Part shown: in pieces, positions 27,139-34,798 of the stretch
Layout: every line of letters begins with the position of its first letter
Position numbering within the stretch: position 1 is the first letter of the stretch
Sequence record: SRR22947725_372
DNA: 34,798 bases
Direction: 5' to 3' (one strand)
Program-made: the position numbers and the translations under genes
The notes under the pieces: generated by a model
What the model was told of the DNA's origin: nothing
What the model saw: the letters and a program-made list of their open reading frames with translations, nothing else
Databases searched by the model: none

Positions 27139-28328
27139 TAATTAATGTATTTATCTAAAGCTTTTTTAAGGATCATTACAGACTTCTTTAAATCTTCTTC
27201 CTTTAAAACATATGCGATTCTAATTTGATTTTTCCCAAGTCCTTTAGTTGAATAAAAACCCTCTGCAGGGGCTACCATTATCGTTTCGTTATCTACATGA
27301 AAATTCTCAAGCATCCATTGAGCGAAGACATTAGCATCTTTTATTGGTAGTTCTACTATACAATAAAATGCACCTTTTGGAGAAGCTACTTTCAGTCCTT
27401 TGATTTTTCTAAGTTCACTTATTAGTAAATTTCTTCTTTGAATATATTTTTTATTAATTTCTTCAAAATATATTTCTGGAGTATCTAGTGCAGCTTCACT
27501 CGCTATTTGTGCATAAGTAGGAGGAGAGAGTCTTGATTGAGCAAATTTTAAAACAGTCTCAATCACTTTTTTATTTTTACTAACAACACACCCTATTCTA
27601 GCTCCGCACATGCTATATCTTTTAGACACACTATCTATCATAATTGCGTTTTGATCAATAGTAGACTCTTGCATAATGGAATAATGAGATTCACCATCAT
27701 AAGTAAATTCTCTGTAAACTTCATCAGCGATTAAAAATAAATCATGTTTTTTAACAATTTCAACTAATTTTTTAATTTCATTTTTACTGTATAAATATCC
27801 TGTGGGGTTATTTGGGTTACAAATTAAAATAGCCTTAGTTTTTTTTGTGATTAATTTTTCAAAATCTTCAATTTCTGGCAGTGAAAAGTTGTTTTCTATT
27901 TTAGAAATTACGGGTACTATCATTAAACTATTAGCAATTGAAAAACCATTATAATTAGCATAAAATGGTTCAGGAACTATTATTTCATCGTCTTTATCCA
28001 TTATACTTCCAAATGTGAATAATAATGCTTCACTTGCTCCACTGGTAACAATAATATCTTTAGAACTTACAATTATATTTTTTGAATCATAATAACTAGA
28101 AAGTTTAGTTCTGTATTCTTCAGAACCTTCTGATCTAGAATAAGCTAAGACTTTAATTTCATTATTTTTAACTGCATCAAGAGCCACTTTGGGAGTTTCA
28201 ATATCTGGCTGTCCTATGTTTAACTGATAGACTTTAATTCCTCTTTTTTTTGCGTTTTCTGCAAATGGGACCAATTTTCTTATAGGAGACTCGGGCATTA
28301 AAATCCCTTTATTTGAAATCTGTGGCAT
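27138..28328 (-). CDS. Class I/II PLP-dependent aminotransferase (aspartate aminotransferase-like)
   Basis: LNIGQPD, CNPNNPTG, ADEVY, DSVSKRYSMCGARIG, PKGAFY. Confidence 0.92.
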   Translation of the reverse strand: MPQISNKGILMPESPIRKLVPFAENAKKRGIKVYQLNIGQPDIETPKVALDAVKNNEIKVLAYSRSEGSEEYRTKLSSYYDSKNIIVSSKDIIVTSGASEALLFTFGSIMDKDDEIIVPEPFYANYNGFSIANSLMIVPVISKIENNFSLPEIEDFEKLITKKTKAILICNPNNPTGYLYSKNEIKKLVEIVKKHDLFLIADEVYREFTYDGESHYSIMQESTIDQNAIMIDSVSKRYSMCGARIGCVVSKNKKVIETVLKFAQSRLSPPTYAQIASEAALDTPEIYFEEINKKYIQRRNLLISELRKIKGLKVASPKGAFYCIVELPIKDANVFAQWMLENFHVDNETIMVAPAEGFYSTKGLGKNQIRIAYVLKEEDLKKSVMILKKALDKYIN

Positions 28329-28331
28329 TTT

Positions 28332-28760
28332 TTAGACTTTATTTAAACTTTTAGATTTTTTTTTAGAAATAATAGGTTGAGAATTATCTTCAACTTTTCC
28401 TTTGATAGTAAGAAGGACTGTTGAGTTTACTGCGTTAGAACTAACAGAAATAGTCTTTTTAAATGGCATAACTCTTCTTGTGTCGTATTTAACTTCTATT
28501 TCTCCAGAATCGCCTGGAAGTATCGGTTTGTTAGGTTTTTTTGGAATTGTACAGCCGCAAGAAGCTTTGACATTACTAATTACAAGCGGGATGTTTCCAG
28601 AGTTGATAAATTTAAAAACTCGTACGCCATCTGCACCTTTTTCAATTGTACCATAATCAATAGTTGACTCTTCAAATTCGATTACAGCTTTTAAATTTGG
28701 TTGAGCTAAAGCATTAAAATTTATGATAGTAATTCCTATCAACATTAATATGTTTTTCAT
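28332..28760 (-). CDS. DUF1573 domain exported protein (Ig-like)
   Basis: Signal peptide; DYGTI, F.NSG..PLVI..VKASCGCT.P, PILPG, F.KTI.V.SNA. Confidence 0.88.
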   Translation of the reverse strand: MKNILMLIGITIINFNALAQPNLKAVIEFEESTIDYGTIEKGADGVRVFKFINSGNIPLVISNVKASCGCTIPKKPNKPILPGDSGEIEVKYDTRRVMPFKKTISVSSNAVNSTVLLTIKGKVEDNSQPIISKKKSKSLNKV

Positions 28761-28847
28761 TAGGTTTATGATTTAATTTTTTATAAAAAATAGATAAAAA
28801 TAAAGTAGATAAATATAATTATTATTCCTTAGATAAAGAAATATAAG

Positions 28848-28855
28848 TATTTTTG
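28848..28855 (+). promoter_or_regulatory. -7 promoter element for valS
   Basis: TATTTTTG, 26 bp upstream of ATG 28882. Confidence 0.6.
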
Positions 28856-28881
28856 TAAATCAATAATTAATTTTTAAATAT

Positions 28882-31515
28882 ATGAGTGTTCTTTCCAATT
28901 ATATTTCATCTGAAGTTGAACAAAAGTGGTATTCATATTGGTTAAAAAATAAATATTTTAGTTCTAAGCCTGATCACAGAGAACCATATACAATAGTTAT
29001 TCCACCACCAAATATTACTGGGGTATTACATATGGGGCATATGCTTAATAATACTATTCAAGATATCTTAATTAGAAGAGCTAGACTACAAGGAAAAAAT
29101 GCATGTTGGGTTCCTGGGACTGATCATGCTTCGATTGCTACTGAGGCAAAAGTAGTTGATAGTTTAAAAAAACAAGGAATTTTCAAAGAAGACTTAGATA
29201 GAGAAACTTTTTTAAAACACGCCTGGGAATGGAAAGATAATTACGGAGGAATAATTTTAGATCAATTAAAAAAATTAGGTTGCTCTTGTGACTGGGACAG
29301 GACTAAATTTACTATGGACGATGACATGAGTAAGTCTGTTATTTCTACCTTTATTGATCTTCACAATAAGGGACTTATCTATAAAGGTTATAGAATGGTA
29401 AATTGGGACCCAGAGGCTAGGACTACTCTTTCAGACGAAGAAGTTAATTATGTTGAGAGAAAAGATAATTTATATTATATAAAATATAAAATAGAAAATG
29501 ATGACAATTATATCACAATTGCCACGACTAGACCAGAAACTATCTTAGGTGACAGTGCAATTTGTGTTAACCCAAATGATAATAGATTTCATCATTTGAA
29601 AGGAAAACAAATTATAGTTCCTCTATGCAATAGATTAATTCCTGTAGTTGAAGATGATTATGTAGATATGGAGTTTGGTACAGGATGTTTGAAAGTGACC
29701 CCTGCCCATGACTTAAATGATAAATTAATAGGTGAAAGACATAATCTTGAGGTAATAGACATTTTAAACGATGATGCAACATTAAACAAACATGGATTAG
29801 AATTTGAAGGTAAAGATAGATTTATAGCAAGAAAAGAAATAATAGAAAAACTAACCAAGTTAGGTTTAGTAGATAAAATTGAACAAATATCTCACAATGT
29901 TGGCATAAGTGAAAGAACTAGTGCTATTATAGAACCAAAGTTTAGTGATCAATGGTTTTTGAAAATGGAAGAATTAGTAAAGCCTGCAATTAAATCTGTT
30001 TTACAAGACAAAGAAATTAAATTATTTCCCAAGAAATTTGAAAACACTTATAAACACTGGTTAGAAAATATAAGAGATTGGAATATTTCAAGACAGCTTT
30101 ATTGGGGTCAACAAATACCTGCCTATTATTATGGAAAGGGCAAGAACGACTACGTAGTTGCTACTAATATTCAGGATGCATTAAGTATTGCAATTGAAAC
30201 AACTAAAAACAAAAATTTAAAATTATCTGACTTGAAACAAGAGTCAGATGTTCTTGATACATGGTTTTCATCTTGGCTTTGGCCAATAAGCGTTTTTGAT
30301 GGTATAAACAATCCTGATAATGATGAAATTAATTATTATTACCCAACAAATGATTTAGTCACCGGACCTGATATTTTATTTTTTTGGGTTGCAAGAATGA
30401 TTATTGCAGGCTATGAATTTAAAAAGACAAAACCATTTTCAAATATTTATTTGACTGGTTTAGTTAGAGATAAGCAGAGAAGAAAAATGAGTAAATCTTT
30501 AGGAAATTCTCCTGATGCATTAGAATTAATTAAAGATTATGGTGCAGACTCTGTTCGTGTAGGTTTATTATTAAGTGCTTCTGCTGGAAATGATTTAATG
30601 TTTGATGAATCATTATGTAAACAAGGTAAATCTTTTTCAAATAAAATATGGAATTCTTACAAATTAATTAATGGTTGGTATGTTGAGGATATTCAACAAC
30701 CTGAATATAGTAAGCTATCAATTCAATGGTATGAAAACAAATTTCAATCAGTCCTAGTTGAAATAGAAGATCATTTTAATAAATACAGACTTAGTGATGC
30801 CTTAATGTGTGTTTATAAATTAATTTGGGATGATTTTTGTTCATGGTTGTTAGAGCTAATTAAGCCTGGATATCAACAGCCAATAGACAAATTAACTTTT
30901 GATTCAATAATTAATATTTTTGAAAATAATTTAAGAATTCTTCATCCCTTTATGCCTTTTATATCAGAAGAAATATGGCAAAATATTAGAAAGAGATCAG
31001 TTGATAATGCATTAATAGTTTCAGATTGGCCCAAAGTAGAAAATGTTGATATAAGTATTATTAAGGATTTTGATTTTACTTCACAAGTGATTAGTTCAAT
31101 AAGAACTATTCGTAAAGAAAAAAGTATTTCTTTCAAAAACTCTATTGAATTACATGTTTTAAACAATGAAAATATGAACACTAATTTAGATTCATTGATT
31201 ATTAAGCTTTGTAATATTAGCAAATTGGTTTACACTAAAAATGAGGTTGAAAACTCTATTTCTTTTCGTGTAAAATCCAATAACTATTATGTTCCTGTTA
31301 ATAATAATATTAATGTAGATGAGGAAATTATAAAATTAAAAACAGAATTAAGTTATACAGAAGGTTTTTTAAATTCAGTTCGAAAAAAATTATCAAATAC
31401 TCGTTTCGTAGAAAATGCCCCTGAAAAAGTAATTCAAATTGAAAAAGATAAAGAGCAAGATGCCTTGTCAAAAATTAAAGCAATTAAAGATTCTCTAACC
31501 AGTTTCGAAGGATGA
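28882..31515 (+). CDS. valS: Valine--tRNA ligase
   Basis: PPPNITGVLHMGH, GTDHASIATE, ATTRPET, DWNISRQL, DTWFSS, KMSKS, C-terminal coiled coil. Confidence 0.98.
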   Translation: MSVLSNYISSEVEQKWYSYWLKNKYFSSKPDHREPYTIVIPPPNITGVLHMGHMLNNTIQDILIRRARLQGKNACWVPGTDHASIATEAKVVDSLKKQGIFKEDLDRETFLKHAWEWKDNYGGIILDQLKKLGCSCDWDRTKFTMDDDMSKSVISTFIDLHNKGLIYKGYRMVNWDPEARTTLSDEEVNYVERKDNLYYIKYKIENDDNYITIATTRPETILGDSAICVNPNDNRFHHLKGKQIIVPLCNRLIPVVEDDYVDMEFGTGCLKVTPAHDLNDKLIGERHNLEVIDILNDDATLNKHGLEFEGKDRFIARKEIIEKLTKLGLVDKIEQISHNVGISERTSAIIEPKFSDQWFLKMEELVKPAIKSVLQDKEIKLFPKKFENTYKHWLENIRDWNISRQLYWGQQIPAYYYGKGKNDYVVATNIQDALSIAIETTKNKNLKLSDLKQESDVLDTWFSSWLWPISVFDGINNPDNDEINYYYPTNDLVTGPDILFFWVARMIIAGYEFKKTKPFSNIYLTGLVRDKQRRKMSKSLGNSPDALELIKDYGADSVRVGLLLSASAGNDLMFDESLCKQGKSFSNKIWNSYKLINGWYVEDIQQPEYSKLSIQWYENKFQSVLVEIEDHFNKYRLSDALMCVYKLIWDDFCSWLLELIKPGYQQPIDKLTFDSIINIFENNLRILHPFMPFISEEIWQNIRKRSVDNALIVSDWPKVENVDISIIKDFDFTSQVISSIRTIRKEKSISFKNSIELHVLNNENMNTNLDSLIIKLCNISKLVYTKNEVENSISFRVKSNNYYVPVNNNINVDEEIIKLKTELSYTEGFLNSVRKKLSNTRFVENAPEKVIQIEKDKEQDALSKIKAIKDSLTSFEG

Positions 31516-31516
31516 G

Positions 31517-32161
31517 TTAAACAATAGCTATTATGTCTTCAGCTCCCTTTACTTTTTGATTGAGACTAACATTAATTTTAGTATCTAAAGGAAGAAATAG
31601 GTCTACTCTTGATCCAAATTTTATAAAACCAGCATCATCACCTTGGTTTACATAGCTAGATTCTTTTGCATAATTAATAATCCTTTTTGCTAATGCACCA
31701 GCGATTTGTCTATATAAAATTTCGCCACAATTTTCATTTTTGACTACAATAGAAGTTCTCTCATTTTCAGTACTGGATTTTGGATGCCAAGCAACTAAAT
31801 ATTTACCTGGGTGATATTTAGAATATGTAACTTGTCCACCTATAGGATATCTGGTTACATGAACATTTATTGGAGACATAAATATACTAACTTGGATTCT
31901 TTTTTCTTTAAAGTATTCAGGCTCAAATACTTCTTCAATTACGACAACTTTACCATCAACTGGGGATACTATATTTTTATCACCAAAATTTGTTATTCTT
32001 TTAGGATTTCTGAAAAATTGTAAAACAATTATTAATTGAATAATTAAAAATAACTGTATGTAGGTTTTATGTTGTATGGAGAAATAATCTAATAAAAGCA
32101 TTAAAATTACTACAGTAATAAATGTTAATAATATAATTTTGTGACCTTCTTTATGAAACAT
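31517..32161 (-). CDS. psd: Phosphatidylserine decarboxylase proenzyme
   Basis: FFRNPKR, SPVDGKV, SIFMSPINVH, NER, QIAG..A.RI, FGSRVD self-cleavage site. Confidence 0.94.
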   Translation of the reverse strand: MFHKEGHKIILLTFITVVILMLLLDYFSIQHKTYIQLFLIIQLIIVLQFFRNPKRITNFGDKNIVSPVDGKVVVIEEVFEPEYFKEKRIQVSIFMSPINVHVTRYPIGGQVTYSKYHPGKYLVAWHPKSSTENERTSIVVKNENCGEILYRQIAGALAKRIINYAKESSYVNQGDDAGFIKFGSRVDLFLPLDTKINVSLNQKVKGAEDIIAIV

Positions 32162-32975
32162 AATCTAAAAAAATTAAAAATAAGTATATAAATGGTGATG
32201 CGAGTATTATACTGTCTAGTCTATCTAACAAACCACCATGACCTGGAAGAATTATTCCGCTATCTTTTACTTTAGCTTGTCTTTTATATTTGGATTCAAT
32301 TAAATCACCAATAGTTCCAAAAACACTAACTATTATACTAATAAATAACCAATTTGAATTTGTTAAAGAAGAATCGGTAAAATAACTTATGGCATAACTA
32401 CTAATACAAGTAAAAAATAATCCACCAAAAAAACCTTCAATTGTTTTGTTAGGTGATACGCTTTCAAATAGTTTTTGCTTCCCAAAGTTTTTACCTATGG
32501 CATATGCAAAAGAATCATTTACCCATGCTAAGACAAACACACCTAATATAATCCCAGAATTAAAATTGTCAAAGAACATGGGTATTAGAGCTATAAAAAC
32601 AAAAGAACTCGATAGGTAAAATGTTGAAGCGATATAATTTCTGGCTATAAACTTTGGTAAATTCTTTTTAATAAAAAGATCTCTAATTAAAAATATTAAT
32701 ACAAAAACACTAAAGACTAAAAGAATATCTTTACTTTCATTAAAAAACGAGTTACTGATTAAAGTGTACTCAAAATATGTAAAATAAATATAAAGAAATG
32801 CGAATATTATATAAGAAATATTACTTCTTTGGTTCACTAATCGGCTAAATTCAACATTACATATAATCCCAAAAGCAAATATTAAAATTATAAATGCTAA
32901 TTGAGACTTTAGCGACAACAGAAATAATGATGCATAAACAAAACCAGAAATTGTTCTTTTTAAAAGCTCTTTCAA
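32151..32975 (-). CDS. cdsA: Phosphatidate cytidylyltransferase
   Basis: SPNKTIEG, GDLIES..KR..VKDSG.ILPGHGGLLDRLDS; TTG start. Confidence 0.95.
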   Translation of the reverse strand: MKELLKRTISGFVYASLFLLSLKSQLAFIILIFAFGIICNVEFSRLVNQRSNISYIIFAFLYIYFTYFEYTLISNSFFNESKDILLVFSVFVLIFLIRDLFIKKNLPKFIARNYIASTFYLSSSFVFIALIPMFFDNFNSGIILGVFVLAWVNDSFAYAIGKNFGKQKLFESVSPNKTIEGFFGGLFFTCISSYAISYFTDSSLTNSNWLFISIIVSVFGTIGDLIESKYKRQAKVKDSGIILPGHGGLLDRLDSIILASPFIYLFLIFLDYVS

Positions 32976-32984
32976 TTTAAATAA

Positions 32985-33593
32985 TTATTGATTTTCTAAT
33001 AGTATCAAATATAAGTTTTTTGAACTACTTCCATAGCTTAAAAAATCTTTATCATTACAATCTTTGAAATGTTTTAGGTTTGTTATATTACTTGGAATTG
33101 AAGTGCCATTATTTTTAATTCCAGACAAGCCTTCGCTAATATTATTTATAAGTTGATCAGTTTTAGCTAAAATTATAATATCATCAGGTAGCTCACTTAG
33201 TTTTTTTTCAGCGACTTGGTTTGATGAAATTAAGATAGACCCATCATCTGCAATTAAATATTCACAAGTGGAAATAAGACACATAGTTTCGTCTTTAGAA
33301 TTTTCTGAAAAAGAATAATCTAAATTGAATCTATTTAATATTTCTTTATCTAAACTAAATAGACTGGATTTTCCCCAACTATTTTCTTCAAAGATAAGAG
33401 CTAAATTTTTATTTACTTCGTTCTCATTTTCCGAGTATAAAAACTTACCCCCATTTTTGATAAAGTTTTGTACAAACCTGTTATCTGTAGGAGTTTCTGT
33501 TTTTGGCATAAAACTACTTTTTTCATCTTTACCAGATGAAGAAGTTTTATTTGTTTGTTTGTTTATTTTAAATATGTTTTTGAAAAAATTCAA
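32985..33593 (-). CDS. LUD-domain (LutC-like) protein
   Basis: F..NF..NGGKF, STCEYLIADDGSILISS, LP..II.A..DQL; lies between ftsH and cdsA; TTG start. Confidence 0.75.
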   Translation of the reverse strand: MNFFKNIFKINKQTNKTSSSGKDEKSSFMPKTETPTDNRFVQNFIKNGGKFLYSENENEVNKNLALIFEENSWGKSSLFSLDKEILNRFNLDYSFSENSKDETMCLISTCEYLIADDGSILISSNQVAEKKLSELPDDIIILAKTDQLINNISEGLSGIKNNGTSIPSNITNLKHFKDCNDKDFLSYGSSSKNLYLILLENQ

Positions 33594-33622
33594 ATCAGAA
33601 TCAGCTATAAATTACTTATAAT

Positions 33623-33630
33623 CAAATATA
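33623..33630 (-). promoter_or_regulatory. -7 promoter element for LUD-cdsA-psd
   Basis: Minus-strand TATATTTG, 29 bp upstream of the start codon. Confidence 0.55.
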
Positions 33631-33660
33631 TAAATTCAAATAGTAAATAAATATAAATTA

Positions 33661-34798
33661 TTATGAATTTATTACTTCTTTATCAAAAGGTCTGCTACCA
33701 AATATTTTTTCTAGATTATCTTTGAATATAACTTCCTTGTCTAATAATACTTCAGCTAATTCTATTAATTTTGATTTATTATCTTCTAATAATTTTATAG
33801 CTCTTTGATATTGTTTCTCTATGATTGAAGAAATCTCTTTATCAATTGTTTCGGCAGTTTTCTCACTATATGGTTTTGTAAAACCATATTCATTACCATT
33901 GGATGAATCATAATATGTAAGATTACCTACTTTGTCATTTAGCCCATAAACAGTCACCATAGCTCTGGCTTGCTTAGTGACCTTCTCTAAATCACTTAGA
34001 GCCCCAGTTGAGATATTGTTGAAAATAACTTTTTCAGCTGCTCTACCACCTAATGCAGCACACATTTCATCAAGCATTTGTTCAGGTCTAACGATTAATC
34101 TCTCTTCTGGCAAATACCAAGCAGCTCCTAATGACTGTCCTCTTGGTACAATGGTTACCTTTACTAGTGGAGCTGCATGTTCGAGCATCCAGCTAACTGT
34201 AGCATGTCCAGCTTCATGGTAAGCAACTGCCTTCTTTTCATCGGGAGTAATGATTTTATTTTTTTTCTCAAGACCGCCTACAATTCTATCTACTGCATCC
34301 AAGAAATCTTGTTTGCTTACAGATTTTTTATTTTTTCTTGCTGCTATTAGTGCAGCTTCATTACAAACATTTGCAATGTCTGCGCCTGAAAATCCAGGAG
34401 TTTGTTTTGATAAAAATTCTACATCCAAGTTTGTAGCTTTTTTTAGCGGTCTTAAATGAACTTTAAAAATTGCCTTTCTTTCTCTTACATCTGGTAGATC
34501 TACAAATATTTGTCTGTCAAATCTTCCAGCTCTCATTAATGCTTTATCTAAAACATCCGCTCTATTTGTAGCTGCTATAACAATTACATTTGTATTAGTG
34601 CCAAAACCATCCATTTCTGTTAATAGTTGATTTAATGTGTTTTCACGTTCGTCATTAGATCCAGTCATATTACTTTTTCCTCTAGCTCTACCTATTGCAT
34701 CAATTTCATCAATAAATATTATTGCAGGTGATTTTTCTTTAGCTTGTTTGAATAAATCTCTAACTCTTGATGCACCAACACCAACAAACATTTCAACA
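33661..34798 (-). CDS. ftsH: ATP-dependent zinc metalloprotease FtsH (N-terminus outside the window)
   Basis: FVGVG pore motif, IIFIDEIDA Walker B, ATNR..LD.AL.RAGRFDR second region of homology, HEAGH. Confidence 0.97.
   Translation of the reverse strand, partial: VEMFVGVGASRVRDLFKQAKEKSPAIIFIDEIDAIGRARGKSNMTGSNDERENTLNQLLTEMDGFGTNTNVIVIAATNRADVLDKALMRAGRFDRQIFVDLPDVRERKAIFKVHLRPLKKATNLDVEFLSKQTPGFSGADIANVCNEAALIAARKNKKSVSKQDFLDAVDRIVGGLEKKNKIITPDEKKAVAYHEAGHATVSWMLEHAAPLVKVTIVPRGQSLGAAWYLPEERLIVRPEQMLDEMCAALGGRAAEKVIFNNISTGALSDLEKVTKQARAMVTVYGLNDKVGNLTYYDSSNGNEYGFTKPYSEKTAETIDKEISSIIEKQYQRAIKLLEDNKSKLIELAEVLLDKEVIFKDNLEKIFGSRPFDKEVINS

Noticed and set aside
28776..28791. 16-bp palindrome ATTTTTTATAAAAAAT
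   Set aside because: Homopolymer A/T only, expected in such AT-rich DNA.
28761..28881. Possible T-box or riboswitch upstream of valS
   Set aside because: Promoter motif is only 26 bp from the ATG; no T-box consensus or stable structure.
4950..34459. Short opposite-strand ORFs at 4950, 10517, 11229, 13700, 15265, 15488, 16878, 17300, 17822, 21426, 24209, 25295, 28402, 29658, 30942, 31811, 33325, 33977 and 34250
   Set aside because: All lie antisense over well-supported genes and show no recognisable motifs.
1..34798. CRISPR array, IS/integrase/prophage, defence system, tRNA/rRNA, frameshifted pseudogene
   Set aside because: No repeat-spacer arrays or mobile/defence motifs seen; the largest intergenic gap is about 137 bp and AT-rich; all recognised genes look full length.

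Overview
Very AT-rich, extremely gene-dense chromosomal segment from a Bacteroidota genome, most likely a streamlined marine Flavobacteriaceae member (inferred from TAnnTTTG promoters, a T9SS plug homologue, Na+-NQR and minimal intergenic DNA). It holds 36 CDS, two of them cut by the window edges. They comprise a DUF6029/TlpA/Omp28 envelope module, pruA, apaG, a DUF5103 (T9SS plug-like) gene, nqrABCDEF-orf-apbE, a methyltransferase, map, gpmI, pepE, tatA, an O-methyltransferase, kynU, msrA, a zinc-ribbon coiled-coil gene with nif3, lpxK, lipA, an NRAMP-like transporter, a small Cys-rich membrane protein, murB, a PLP aminotransferase, DUF1573, valS, psd, cdsA, a LUD-domain gene and ftsH. I found no mobile element, CRISPR array, tRNA, rRNA, defence island or pseudogene; this is mostly core genome. 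The best leads are (i) a possible Bacteroidota-type Na+-NQR maturation set (an unknown 125-aa gene between nqrF and apbE, plus a displaced NqrM-like Cys-rich microprotein next to an atypical NRAMP-like transporter), (ii) an uncharacterised DUF6029-TlpA-Omp28 thiol-redox module, (iii) repeated replacement of zinc-ribbon cysteines in three unrelated proteins, and (iv) a 30-bp tandem duplication at the start of lipA. Family assignments are from motif recognition only; no searches were run.
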